Assembly (NCBI RefSeq): GCF_036365525.1
Contig: NC_090375.1
Location: 199,197,864 to 199,261,863 of the forward strand
From: Heterodontus francisci
Taxonomy: Eukaryota
Length of the DNA: 64,000 nt
Direction of reading: 5' to 3'
Within the stretch, counting starts at the first letter, position 1. Each line of letters opens with the position of its first letter. The notes beneath the pieces were generated by a model, which saw nothing but the letters and a program-made list of their open reading frames with translations, made no database searches and was not told the origin of the DNA. A program made the position numbers and the translations under genes. This document shows, one piece after another, positions 48,915 to 62,749 of this stretch.

Positions 48915-51900
48915 CATAGAAAATAGGAGCAGGAGTAGGTGATTCGGCCCTTCAGGCCTGCTCTGCCATTCAAAAAAGATTGTGACTGATCATCTAATTC
49001 AATACCCTGTTGCTGATTTTTCTCCATATCCCTTGATTCCTTTTGCATTAAGAAATATATCTATCTCCTTCTTGAATATATTTAATGACTTGGCCTCCAC
49101 TGCCTTCTGCGGTGGAGAATTCCTCTGGTTCACCACCCTCTGAATGAAGACATTTCTCCTCATCTCAGTTCTAAATGGCATACCCATATCCTGAGACTGT
49201 GACCCCTGATTCTGGACACCCCATCCATCGGGAACATCCTCCCTGCATCTAGCTTGTCGAGTCCTGTTATAGCTTTATAGCTTTCTATGAGATCCCCTCC
49301 CATTCTTCTAAACTCTAGTGAATATCGGCCTAGTTGATCCAGTCTCTCCTCATACGTCAATTCTGCCATCCCAGGAATCAGCCGAGTAAATATTCTTTGC
49401 ACACCCTCCATGGCAAGAACATCCTTCCTCAGATAAGGAGACCAAAACTGCACACAATACACCAGATGTGGTCTCACCAAGGACCTGTATATCTGCAGTA
49501 AGACATTCTTGCTCTTGTACTCAAATCCTCTTGCAAATAAGGCCAACATACATTTGCCTTCCTAACTGCTTGCTGCACCTGAAAGCTTGCTTTCAGCGAC
49601 TGGTGTACAAGGACACCCAGATCTCGTTGCACCTCACCCTTTCCCAATCTACCACCATTCAGATAATAATCTGCCTTTCTGTTTTTGCAACCAAAGTGGA
49701 TAAACTCATATTTATACATGTTATACTGCATTTGCCATGCATTTGCCCACTCACCCAACTTGTCCAAATCACATTGGAGCCTCTTTGCATCCTCCTCATG
49801 GCTCACATTCCCCCCTAGCTTTGTGTCATCTGCAAACTTGGAAATGTTACATTTAGTTACCTCACCCAAGTCATTAATATATACTGTGAATAGCTGGGGC
49901 CCAAGCACTTATACCTGTGGTATCCCACTAGCCATTGCCTGCCACCCGGAAAAAGACGTATTTATTCCTACTTTCTGTTTCCTGTGGCAACCATTTCTCC
50001 ATCCATGTCAGTATATTACCCCCAATCCCATGTGCTTTAATGTTGCACACTAACCTCTTATATGGGACCTTATCAAAATCCTTCTGAAAATCCAAATGCA
50101 CCACATCCACTGGTTCTCCCTTATCTATTCTAGTAGTTGGACCATCAAATCCAGTAGATTTGTTAAGCACGATTTCCCTTTCGTAAACCAATGCTGACTT
50201 TGCCCAATCCCGTTTATGCTTTCCAGGTGTTCTGTTATCACATCCTTTATAATAATCTCTAACATTTTCCCCACTACTGATGTAAGGCCAACTGGTCTGT
50301 AATTCTCTATTTTTCCTCTCACTCCTTTTTAAACAGTGGGGTTACATTTGCCACCCTCCAATCTGTAGGAACTGCTCCAGAGTCTATAGAATTTTGGAAG
50401 AGGACCACCAATGCATCTAATATTTCCAGGACCACTTCCTTTAGTCCTCTGAAATGTAGATTATCAGGCCCTGGGGATTTGTCAGCCTTTAGCCCCATTA
50501 ATTTCACTAGCACTATTTTTTAATCATACTGATTTCCTTCAGTTCCTCCCTCTCATTCGACCCTTGGTTCTCTAACATTACTGGGAGGTTATTTGTGTCC
50601 TCCTTTGTGAAGACATAACCAAAGTATGTGTTTAATCGTTCTACCATTTCTTTGTTTCCCATTATACTTTCCCCCGTTTCTGACTGTAAGGGATGTACAT
50701 TTGTCTTCACTAATCTATTTCTCTTGACATATTGAAAGAAGGTTTTACAGTCATTTTTTATGTTCCCCACAAGTTTACTCTCGTACTCTATTCCCCCCAC
50801 TTAAACAACCTCTTTCTCCTTCTTTGCTGAATTCTAAACTGCTCCCAATCCTCAGACTTGCTGCTTTTTCTGGCAATTTTACATGCCTCTCCCATTTGGA
50901 TCTAATAGTATCCCTAATTTCTTTTGTAAGCCACAGTTGAGCCACCTTTCTGGTTTTATTTTTGTGCCAAACAGGAATGAATAATTGTTGTAATTCATGC
51001 ACTCGTTCTTTAAATATTATGCATTGCCTATCCACCGTCAACCATTTCAGTAAAGTTCCCCAATCCACCATCGCCAACTCGTGCCTCATACCTTCATAGT
51101 TTCCTTGATTTAGATTCAGGACCCTAGTTTCAGATTCAACTACTTCATTCTCCATCTTAATGAAGAATTCTATCAGGTTATGGTCGCTCCTCCCCAAGGG
51201 ATCCCGCACAACAGGATTGTTAATTTATCCTTTCTCATTGCACAATACCCAGTCTAGGATAACCTGTTCTCCAGTTGGTTCCTCAGTATATTAGTCTAAA
51301 AAAACTGTCACGTACACACTCCATGAAATCCTCTTCCACAGTATTATTGCTAATTTGGTTTGACCAATCTATATGTAGATAAAAGTCACCCATGGTTACA
51401 GTTGTACCATTATTGAATGCATCTCTAATTTCCTGTTTAATGCTATCCCTTACATCTCCACTACTGAATGGAGACCTATAGACAACATCCACCAACATCT
51501 TCTGCCCCTTGGTGTTTCTTAGCTTCACCTATACAGATTCCACATCAGGATTTTCTGAGCCAATATCCTTCCTCACTATTGCATTGATTTCCTCCTTTAC
51601 TAACAGTACTACCCCACCTCCTTTCCCATTATGCCTGTTCTTCCTAAATATTGAATACCCCTCGAAGTTCAGTTCCCATCCTTGGTCACCCTGCAGCCAT
51701 GTCTCTGTAACCGCAACTATGTCATAACCGTTTATATCTATTTGCGCTGTTAATTCATCTTCCTTATTGTGAATGCTCCACACATTAAGACGCAATGCCT
51801 TTCGACTTGTCTTTTTTAACACTGTTAGTCATCTTAACTTCATTTTGCACTATGGCCCCATTTGTTTCTTGCCCTTGTTTTTTCTGCCTTCCACTTTTGC

Positions 51901-54900
51901 TTCTTACCTTGTTTCCCCCTCCTCTGTCTCCCTGCTCAGTTTCCCATACCACCGCCATTTTAGATTAAACCCTCCCTGACAGCACTTGCTCCACTCCCTG
52001 AGGAATTTGTTCCTGGACCTGCCCAGATGCAACCCATACAGCCCGTACTGGTCCCACCTTCCCTGGAACCGGTCTCAATGTCCCAGGAATCTGAATCCCT
52101 CCCACGTGCACCATTTCTCCAGTCATGCATTCATCTGATGTATCCTCTATTTCTGCTCCTGCTAGCACATGGCACTGGTAGTAATCCTGAGATTATTACC
52201 TTTTTTTTTCTTTTTTCTTTTTTTTTACTCTGGATCTAACCCCGTTTTTTTTTTTCCTTTTTTTTTCTTTTCCTTTTTATAAGGTGACCTTTATACCCCA
52301 GGCCCCTTTTAAATTTTTCATGCTGAGGGGGCCTTTATTGCTCAGGCCCCCTTTATATACATACTTATATTTTTAAAATCACTTTATTGAAAACAGAAAT
52401 AAACAAAAACTAAAATTAAAATGCCATTTTCGGCATTGACAATGCACTCCAGTCCCTGCGGTGCCCACCGGTCGCAGAAGGCCTCAAACATACCAGCGGA
52501 CACTGCATGCTCCGTCTCCAGGGACACCTGGGCACGAACGTAACTGCGGAAGAGGGGCAAGCAATTGGGAAGGACGGCCCCCCCGTCGGCCCGCAGCCTG
52601 GACCTGTGAATTGCCACCTTGACCAGGCCCAGGAGCAGACCGATGAGGAGATCCTCCTCCCGGCCCACGCCCCTCCGCACTGGGTGCCCAAAGATCAGGA
52701 GCGTGGGGCTGAAGTGCAGCCAGAACTTGAGGAGCAGCCCCATCAGATACTCAAAGAGGGGCTGCAACTTCGCACACTCCATATACACATGGAACATGGA
52801 CTCATCCAGGCCGCAGAACGTACAGGTGTCCGGGGAGTCCGTGAACCTACTTAAAAGTCTATTGCATGGGACTGCCCTGTGCAACACCCTCCACCCCAGG
52901 TCCCTGATGTAAAGGGGGAAGACTCCCACATAGAGAGACCTCCATCGGGGTTTCCCCTCGCCTCCAGATGGCAATGCGGACCACCAGGGCGTGTCCGGCC
53001 GGCTGACGAGGGCGAGGAAGTGGAGAGTGTGCAGGAGCAGCTCGTACAGGAAACCCCTCCGCACCAATTGAAATGGCACGGAGGGCATTTCCGACAGGCA
53101 GCTCGGGTTGTGCAGGACCGGTTCCCGAGGAGGGTTTCGGGGCCTGGGTCCAATGAGCAGTTCTGGCCATGCGGGGGTCAGCTCGGCCGTGAGCGTTCCA
53201 CACTCTCGAGCCCCCTCGCCACCCACAGTGAGGGGCGTCCCGGGTGTTTCGTCTACTCTTCCACCCGCCGGCCATCCCCGGAGTCGGCCGCCCGGACAGA
53301 CGAGGCGCTCACCTCCGCCCGCGGGGGAGTGCCATGACTAGAGGCGACCATGTTCCAGACTCGGAATAGATCCTGGTAAAAGACAGGCAACTCGCTCAGA
53401 GAAGCGCAGCTAATGGACTCCACTGGGAGCTGCGTATCGTCTTGAAGGCAGTGACACTGGTGGAAAAAATACGTCGCCAGCGCACACCATCTAGGAGGAC
53501 GCTCGAAGTACAGGTATCTCTGCAGGGTCCGAAGGTGGAGAGTCGCAGCCTGGGTGCGGATGCACACCAGCGACTGGCCGCCCTCCTCAATCGGGAGACT
53601 CAGGACCGCGGCAGAGACCCAATGTTTCCTCTTGCCCCAGAAGAAATCAACGAGTTTCTTCTGGATCTTGTTGGCAAATGCAGGGAGCGGGGCCAAAGTG
53701 ACCAACCGGTACCACGACATAGAGGCCACCAGTTGGTTTATGACCAGTGTTCAGGTCCTGTAGGAAAGCACTCGGAGCAGTCCTGTCCAGCGCCCCAGCC
53801 GAGCGGTGACTTTCATGTCCAACACCTGCCAGTTTGCCAGCCAGGCTTCCTCAGCGGGGCTAAGGTGGACTCCCAGATAGAGGAGGTGCGTGGTGCTCCA
53901 CGCAAATGGTGTCATCTCCTCCAGCAGGGAGTCCACCCACCACTGACCCACCAGGAGTCCGGAACATTTCTCCCAATTCATCCTCGCGGAGGACGAGGCA
54001 GAAAAGGTCTGCTGCCAGTCGCGCATCCTCCGCAAGTAAATGGGATCTGTGACCATGAGGAGCACGTCATCAGCGTAGGCCGAGAGGATGACCCGCATGG
54101 CCAGAAAAGATTATTACCTTTGAAGTCGTACTTTTTAATGTACATCCTAACTCCCTATTTTCTGCTTGGAGGACCTCATTTCATTTTTTTTACTTATGCT
54201 GTTGGTACCAGTATGTACCATGACAACTGGCAGCTCGCCCTCGGCTCTCGGAATGCCCTGCAGCCACTTAGAGACATCCTTGACCCGACCACCAAAGAGG
54301 TAACTTACCATCCTGGAGTCTCTTTTGTGGCCGCAGAAATGCCTGCCTGCTCCCCTGATGATGCAATCCCCTATCACTATAGCCTTGCCACTCTTCTTCC
54401 TCCCCTTCTGTGCAGCAGAGCCACCAATGGTGCCATGAACTTGGCTCTTGCTGCTTTCCCCTGAGCCATCTACCACAACAATATCCAAAGCAGTATATCT
54501 GTTGGAGAGGAGGATAGCTACAGGGGACTCCTGCACTACCTGCCTTCCTCTACTCTGCCTCATGGTCACACATTCCCATTCTGCCTTTGTAGCATTTGCC
54601 TGCGGTGTGGCCAACTCACTAAACATGCTATCCACATTGATCTCAGAATCGCAGATGCGAATCCACCCACACCTCCAGCTCTGAAATGTGGATTTTGAGT
54701 AGATGCAGCTGGAGACACTTCCTGCACACGTGTTCACCCTGGACTCTGGAAGTGCCTCTGACTTCCCACATTGCACACGAGGCACACTCCATGCTGCTGA
54801 GCTGCCATGCCATGACTTGCCTTAATATAATCCCTTAAAAATTAGAGATTATTTACATGCGGGATCTTGATTCCCTAAAAAACATTACTTTATTCTATAA

Positions 54901-55100
54901 AAAAAACTTGTAGACCTTACCCTACTCCCAATAAGCTTTATTACCACAAGTAAACTTTACTAATACTAATAAAACCTTACAATTACTGATAAATTAGCTG
55001 AGTTTTGAAAGATAAATGAGAAAAATAACAAAATACTCACTGACCAATAACTTACCTGTTTCACGATGATGGCACCTTTATTTCTTCTCCGAATGTGGTG
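48915..55100 (-). mobile_element. Near full-length decayed CR1 LINE (5'UTR, ORF1 SGNH/esterase-like, ORF2 APE + RT), interrupted by a Tx1-like element
   Basis: ORF1 IVIGDCIIRG...VVMVHTGTN (54147-54785); EN DIVAVTETWL...GKGGGV, VTMGDF, GRSDH (50775-51822); RT fragments 48999-50800 including FADD. Confidence 0.9.
52204..54107 (-). mobile_element. 5'-truncated Tx1-like (L1 clade) retrotransposon with A-rich tail and 14-bp TSD
   Basis: LSAYADDV, YLGV, DFFWGKRKHWV..LPIEEGG, DLGWRVLH...CTFCGLDESMFHVYMEC. TSD AGATTATTACCTTT at 52190-52203 and 54108-54121. Confidence 0.9.
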
Positions 55101-55126
55101 CACTCATCGACAGAGCCCCAGTCACA

Positions 55127-58100
55127 GCTCTCAGAACACTCTCCTCTCGCGCTGTTTAGAAGCTCTCAGAACACTCTCCTCTCGCGCTGTTTAGAAGCTC
55201 TCAGAACACTCTCCTCTCGCGCTGTTTAGAAGCTCTCAGACCACTCTCCTCTCGCGCTGTTTAGAAGCTCTGGGACCACTGTCCTGTTGCGCTGTTTTGA
55301 AGCTCTCGGACTGCTCTCCTCTTGATTTGTTCTGAAGCTCTCAGACCGCTCTCCTCTCGCGCTGTTTTGAATCTCTTGGACCGCTCTCCACTTGCACTGT
55401 TTAGAAGCTCTCGGACCACTCTCTTGTGTGGTTTAGAATCTCTCGGACCACTCTCCTCTCACACTGTTTAGAAGCTCTAGGACCAGAGAACAAGAGAACA
55501 AAGAACAGTACCACACAGAAACAGGCCATTCGGCCCTCCAAGCCTTCGCCAATCATGATGCCTGTATAAACTAAAACCTTCCGCACATCCAGGGTCCGTA
55601 TCCCTCTATTCCCATCCATTCCAATGATTTATCAAGATGCCTCTTAAACGTCGCTATCATACCTGATTCCACCACCTCCGCCAGCAGCAAGTTCCAGGCA
55701 CTCACCACCCTCTGTGCAAAAAACTTGCTTCGCACATCCCCTCTAAGCTTTGCCCCTCACACCTTAAACCTATGTCCCCTAGTAACTGACTCTTCCACCC
55801 TGGGAAAAAGCTTCTGACTACGCTGTCCATGCCACTCATAACTTTGTAAACCTCTATCAGGTCACCTCTCCACCTCCGTCGTTCCACTGAAAACAATCCG
55901 AGTTTATCCAACCTCTCCTCATAGCTAATACCCTCCAGACCAGGCAACATCCTGGTAAACTTCTTCTGTACCCTCTCCAAAGCCTCCACATCCTTCTGGT
56001 AGTGTGGCGACCAGAATTGCATGCAATATTCCATTTGTGGCCTAACTAAGGTTCTGTACAGCTGCAGCATTGCTTGCCAATTTTTATACCCTACACCCCG
56101 ACCGATGAAGGCAAGCATGCCGTATGCCTTCTTGACTACCGTATCCACCTGCGTTGCCACTTTCAGTGATCTGTCGACCTGTACACCCAGATCTCTCTGC
56201 CTGTCAATAAGGATTCTGCCATTTACTGTATACTTCCCACCTGCATTAGACCTTCCAAAATGCATTACCTCACAGTTGTCTGGATTAAACTCCATCTGCC
56301 ATTTCTCCACCCATGTCTCCAACCGATCTATATCCTGCTGTATCCTCTGACAATCCTCATCACTATCCGCAACTCCGTCAACCTTTGCGTCGTCCGCAAA
56401 CTTACTAATCAGACCAGCTCCAATTTCCTCCAAATCATTTATATATACTACAAACAGCAAAGGTCCCAGCACTAATCCCTGCGGAACACAAATAGTTACA
56501 GCCCTCCATTCAGAAAAGCACCCTTCCACTGCTACCCTCTGTCTTCTATGACGGAGCCAGTTCTGTATCCATCTTGCCAGCTTGCCTCTGATCCCGTGTG
56601 ACTTCACCTTTTGAACGAATCTCCTCTCACGCTGTGTTGAAGCTCTCGGATCGCTCTCCTCTCGCTCTGTTTTGAAGCTCTCGGAACACTCTCCTCTCGC
56701 TCTGTTTTGAAACTCTTGGACCACTCTCCTCTCGCTCTGTTTTGAAGCTCTCGGAACACTCTCCTCTCGCTCTGTTTTGAAGCCCTCGGAACACTCTCCT
56801 CTCGCTCTGTTTTGAAGCTCTCGGAACACTCTCCTCTCGCTCTGTTTTGAAGCCCTCGGAACACTCTCCCCTCGCTCTGTTTTGAAGCTCTCGGACCGCT
56901 GTCCTCTCACAGAGTTTTGAAGCTCTTTGAACGCTCTCCTCTCGCTCTGATTTGAAGCTCTTGCACCGTTCTCCTCTCTTTCTGTTTTGAAGCTCTCGGA
57001 CCGCCCTCCCCTTACACTGTGTTGAAGCTCTTGGACAGCTCTCTTCTTGCTCTGTTTTGAAGCTATCGGACCACTGTCCTCTCGCTCTGTTTTTAGGCTC
57101 TCAGATCACTCTCCTCTAGCTGTCTTTTGAAGCTCTCGGACCGCTCTACTCTCATGCTGTTTTGAAGCTCTCGGACCGCTCTCCTGTCACTCTGTTTTGA
57201 AGCTCACGGACCACTCTCCTCTCGCTCTGTTTTGAAGATCTCAGACTGCTCTCCTCGACATTGTTTTGAAACTCTCAGACCGCTCTCCTCTCGCCCAGTT
57301 TTGAATCTCTCAGACCGCTCTCCTCGACATTGTTTTGAAACTCTCAGACCGCTCTCCTCTCGCCCAGCTTTGAAGCTGTCGGACAGCTCTCCTCTGACTC
57401 TGTTTTGAAGCTCTCGGACCGCTGTCCTGTCACTCTGTTTTGAAGCTCTCGGACCACTCTCCTCTCGCTCTGTTTTGAAGCTCTCGGACCACTCTCCTCT
57501 CGCTCTGTTTTGAAGATCTCAGACCGCTCTCCTCTGACTCTGTTTTGAAGCTCTCGGACCGCTGTCCTGTCATTCTATTTTGAAGCTCTCGGACCACTCT
57601 CCTCTCGTGTTGTTTTGAAGCTCTCGGACCGCTCTCCTCCACATTGTTTTGAAACTCTCAGACCGCTCTCCTCTCGTCCAGCTTTGAAGCTCTCGCACCG
57701 CTCTCCTCTGACACTGTTTTGAAGCTCTCAGAAAGCTCTCCTCTGACTCTGTTTTGAAACTCTCGGACCGCTCTCCTCTCACTCTGTTTTGAAGCTCTTG
57801 GACCACTCTCTTCTCGCTCTGTTTTGAAGGTCTCGGACCGCTCTCCTCTTACACTGTTTTGAAGCTCTTGGACCACTCTCCTCTCACACTGTATTGAAGC
57901 TCTTGGACCTCTCTACTCTTGCTCTGTTTTGAAGCTCTCGGACCGCTCTCCTCCCGCCATGTTTTGAAACTCTCAGAACGCTCTCCTCCCACCCTGTTTT
58001 GAAACTCTCAGAACGCTCTCCTCCCACCCTGTTTTGAAACTCTCGGACCGCTCTCCTCTCACACTCTTTTGAAGGTCTTGAACCGCTCTCCTCTCTCACT

Positions 58101-58738
58101 CTTTTGAAGCTCTTGGACCGCTCTCCTCTGACACTGTTTTGAAGCTCTCGGACCGCTCACCTCTCGCCCTGTTTTGAAACTCTCAGACCGCTCTCCTCTC
58201 ACATTGTTTTGAACCTCTCAGGCCGCTCTCCTCTCGCGCTGTTTTGAATCTCTGGGATCACTCTCCTCTCGTGGTGTTTAGGAGCTCTCAGACCGCTCTG
58301 CTCTCACGCTGTTTTGAATCTCTGGGATCACTCTCCTCTCGTGGTGTTTAGGAGCTCTCAGACCGCTCTACTCTTGCTCTGTTTTGAACCTCTCAGACCG
58401 CTCTCCTGTCGCCCTGTTTTGAAGTTCTTTGACCACTCTCCTCTTGCTCTGTTTTGAAGCTCTCGTACCGCTCTCCTCTCGCCCTGTTTTGAAACTCTCA
58501 GACCGCTCTCCTCTCACATTGTTTTGAACCTTTCAGGCCGCTCTCCTCTCGCGCTGTTTTGAATCTCTGGGATCACTCTCCTCTCGTGGTGTTTAGGAGC
58601 TCTCAGACCGCTCTGCTCTCACGCTGTTTTGAAGCTCTGGGATCACTCCCCTCTTGCTCTGTTTTGAAGCTCTGGGACTGCTCTCCTCTCGCTCTGTTAT
58701 GAAGCTGTTTAACACTCTCCTCTCGCTCTGTTTTGAAG
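55127..58738. repeat. 35-bp minisatellite (CTCTCCTCTCGCTCTGTTTTGAAGCTCTCGGACCG-like), ~10 + ~60 units, split by a CR1 insertion
   Basis: Period 35 (e.g. 55141 to 55176); arrays 55127-55485 and 56617-58738. Confidence 0.95.
55486..56616 (-). mobile_element. 5'-truncated CR1 LINE inserted in the minisatellite
   Basis: C-terminal part of ORF 55702-56910 (VPQG.VLGPLLF, FADD); AGAACA-type tail at 55486. Confidence 0.9.
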
Positions 58739-59239
58739 TGGGTGTAAAACAGTTGTGAAGGGATAAGTAACACAGCTAGAGGAAGAGAGAGCACCAGATC
58801 CCCCAGCTGATAAGGAGGACTAGGGGGGTTATTGATTTCTGGAAAAAGAAAGATAATAGCAACTGTAGGAAAAAAGAATAAAATTAACTCATGTAATTTA
58901 TTTATTTTTCTTGCTTCTGACTAAGTTTAAAGTTGTCAAGATGAATGTTGCAAGAATGGAGAATGCAAAGGAAGCTTCCATTAATAACTCATGTGTGTGA
59001 TATTTAATGTGTTCTCTGGCACTTTGAGTTTATAACTCATTGTAAGAATTCATATGGGTGCATTGGGATATGAGACTGTGCATGTGATTATTGAGTGTGC
59101 CTCTGTCAATTCAATCTTCTGTAAAGTTAAGTTCTGGATCTATGGGAAGCAATTAGTTTTGGCAGCTTATTGTGTTATTACGTCCCCCAGGTAAAAGATG
59201 ATGTGCAGTGAAAGGTATGAAGTCCTAGTGTTCTGAATC

Positions 59240-61257
59240 AATGAGGAGGATGAACCACCCACGGTTAACAAAGGTGGTCAATGAGAATATGCAATCTAAA
59301 ACCTCGGCATACAAAACAGCAAAAACTAGTGGTAGGCAAGAGGCTTGGGAATTTTTTAGGAACCAGCCACAGATGACTAAAAAACTAATAAAGAGGGACA
59401 AAATTGATTATGAAAGTAAATTGGCAAGAAATATAAGAACGAACAGCAAGAGCTTCTATGGGTATATAAAAAGAAAGACAGTACCTAAAGTGAACATGAG
59501 ACCTTTTGAGGATGAGACTGGAGAATTGATGATGGGGAACAGGGAAATGGCAGATAATTTAAACCAATATTTTGCATTGGTCTTCATGGTGGAGGACACT
59601 ATAAACATCCCACATATGTCAGAGAAGCAAGGAGCTATTGGGAGGAAAGGTCTTGTTGCAATCTCTATCGCGAGGGACAAGGTATTCGACAAACTAATGG
59701 GACTAAAGGCAAACACGTCGCCAGGACCTGATGGTCTCCATCCAAGGAAATTTAAAGGAAGTGGCTGCAGAGATAGTGGAGGCATTGGTTAAAATATTCC
59801 AGAAGTCACTGGATTCCGGGAGGGTCCCAGCAGATTGGAAAACTGCTAATGTGATGCCCTGTTCAAGAAGGGAGGGTGACAAAAAGCAGGACACCATAGC
59901 CCAGTCAGCCTAACATCGGTCTTTGTGAAAATGCTACAGGCCATTATGAAGGATGAAATAACAGGACATTTAGAAAAGCTTAACGTAAACAAACAGAGTG
60001 AAAGGGAAATCATGTTTGACAAAGTTGCTGGAGCTCTTTGAGGATATAACAAGCAGAGTTGATAAAGGGGAACCAGTAGATGTAGTGTATTTAGATTTCC
60101 AGAAGGTATTCGATAGGATGCACATAAAATATTATTGTACAAGATAGGAGCTCACTGTATTGGGGGTAATGTATTAGCATGGGTTGAGGATTGGTTAACA
60201 CACAGAAGACAGAGTCGGGATTAATGGGTCTTTTTCAGGTTGGAAAGACTTAACCAGTGGAGTGCCACAAGGATCAGTCCCAGGGCCTCAATTATTTACT
60301 ATCTATATTAATGACTCGGAGGAGGGGGCAGAGTGCGATACATCCAAATTTTCTGATGATACGAATGATACAAAGGGCACGTTGTGATTAGGACATAACG
60401 AATCTGCAAGGGGATATAGATAGGTTGAGTGAGTGGGCAAAAACCTGGCAGATGGAGTTTGATGTGGGAAAGTGTGAGGTCATGCACTTTGGTCGGAATA
60501 ATCAAAAGGCAGACTATTATTTAAACGGAAAGAGACTCCAAAAAGTGCAGCACAGAGGCATCTGGGTGCCCTTGTGCATGAAACACAAAAAGTTAGCATG
60601 CAGGTGCAAGAAGTAAGTAATAAGGTAAATGGAATTTTGGCCTTTATTGCTAGGGGGTTGGCATTTTAAAACAGGGAAGTCTTGTTACAACTGTACAGGG
60701 TGTTGGTAAGGCCACACCTGGAGTACTGTTTTGGTTCCTGTATTTAAGAAAAGGTATACTGGCATTGGAGGCAGTTCAAAAGAGATTCACTGGGCTGATT
60801 CCTGGGATGAAGGGGTTGACTTATCAAGAACGGCTATTCATTAGAGTTTTGAAGAATGAGGGGTGATCTTGTCGAAACGTATACAATTCTGAAGGGGTTT
60901 GATAGGGCAGCTGTTGAGAAGATGTTTCCACTAGTAGTAGAATCTCGAACTAGGGGATATAGATACAGAATAAGGGTACACTCTTTTAAAACTGAGATGC
61001 AAAGGAATTTCTTCTCTCAGAGGGTAGTGAATGTCTGGAATTCTCTACGTCAGAGAGTTGTGGAGGCTAGATCACTGAAAGCATTTAAAGACGATGTAGA
61101 TAGATTTTTGAAATATCAGGGAGTTGAGGGTTATGCAGAGCTGGCATGAAAGAGGAGTTGAGGTCTGGTGCAGATCTGTCATGATCTTATTGAATGGTGG
61201 AGCAGGTTTGAGGGGCCGAATGGCCTACTCCTGTTCCCATTGCTTATGTTCTTATGT
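59240..61257 (+). mobile_element. Decayed CR1 LINE ORF2 fragment
   Basis: ORFs 59241 (NSKSFYGYIK..SPGPDGLHPR), 59731, 60425 and 60856; (CTTATGTT) tail. Confidence 0.85.
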
Positions 61258-62749
61258 CCCTTTAAGAACCTGTGCGTGCAGGTAACAAAGGCAAGTAACA
61301 AGTGTGTAAGCAGGTTTCCTTTTGTTTTGGAATAAACATTTTAAGGTATTCCTTGGGAATTAACCTTTGGTTTGGACTTTCAATTACAGGCACTTCAGAA
61401 GTTTAAGGAAAGAAGATAAGTAACCTCATTTGTTTTTCTTTTTTTAAATCACGTGCTATTTCTCTCATGTGTGTGTGGAATAATGACTTTTTTGTGCGGA
61501 TTGTGTTTTGTGTGCTTCAAGCTTCAGTGTTTTTTTTTCCTGACATTGTGGTTTTGTGGCAGTAGCTTCAACACTTTAAGTTTGAAAACTCACAGTAAAA
61601 TTGTGAGATAGATTGGAAGCGAAGTTTAAATTAACTGAAGTGGATATTGTAAGTCATGATATTTGAGGTGGGATTGCTGGTCAGGATTCCAACTCGAATG
61701 GGGTTTATTAACCATGTGGAGATTCTAATATGGATACGAATTCTTAAATGTTAGTATGGGGTTGTTTTAATATTAAACTGTGCAAAATGAAATTTGGGTT
61801 GGAGACTTTTTCACAAAAGTTAAAAGCTTCTTTTTGGGAACCATTGGAGTTTATGCCCTGAAATAATTGGGAAAAGCAATTGGTAACTTTTTAAAAAATC
61901 TTTCTTTGTTCTGAAGAAAACAGGTTGAATTGGGTTGTCTAAAATGGAGAGCTTGCAATTTTGGAGAAATTGAAAGAGTGGTTTACAAATACTGAGCAGA
62001 ACGTTCGAAATCTGAGGAAGTTGTAGGAAAAAAACAGTTTGAAACAAAAAATACAACAGTCTGGCAGGGAAAGATTCAGGTATTTCCTTTGGCAAAAGAG
62101 CCAATTTAAACTTGCCAGTACACATGGCAATGTTTTGTTCAGTTCTTGTTTAAAAAAGGAGGGGTGACAATGACATTACCTGTCAATCTGAGGGCTTTGG
62201 CCCCGCCCTCTTTCAACGCAGCAGAGTATTAACCATTTCTGTTAGCAGCTTAAGGGAAGCACACACTTTTATAGATATTGCGCTTTTAAATTTTTTTAAG
62301 TTTTTGAGTTTGGCGATGAGCAGAATGGATCTTTTGTTTTATTTTCCAAGTTACAGGCAGCTCCAAGTGCAACGGAATTTCCAACAGCTTCAAGAATTTC
62401 AGGACATTTGTCACAGCATTGTGGCAATTGGGAGACTGGGAACAAGAAATTAGAATTTAAAATTGCATTCATATGAGTTGGTATTTTAAACATTTACAGG
62501 GAACAACAAAAGGATATACACGCATAATTTCAGTGTTTTATGGATAAATAAAAAATGTTAATGTTTTCTTTGAACTGAATTAAATAAATTGATTTTAATA
62601 TGAAATGATCTGAAGGCGGAAGAACTAGTGTTGAATCAAAAGGAATATCAAGCTAAGTAATGCAAATAGAGAGGAAAAAGAAAAAGAGAAATCGTGACCC
62701 CAAAGTTACCAATAATACAGTGAGGGATATGGAGACCGCTAGACTATGA

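Noticed and set aside
53442-54464. 340-aa + strand ORF (and similar antisense ORFs) as host genes
   Set aside because: Antisense to GC-rich Tx1/CR1 coding sequence, crosses an insertion junction, and has no domain signature.
55127-58738. CRISPR-like array or repetitive protein (ORFs 55702, 57430-58794)
   Set aside because: Head-to-tail 35-bp units with no unique spacers in a vertebrate context. The ORFs are satellite translation, one fused by chance to CR1 RT.
58800-62700. LTR/leader of the env-bearing element split by the CR1 at 59240
   Set aside because: G-run (58823) and AATAAA (61331) are suggestive, but no TG...CA boundaries, PBS or second copy could be established.
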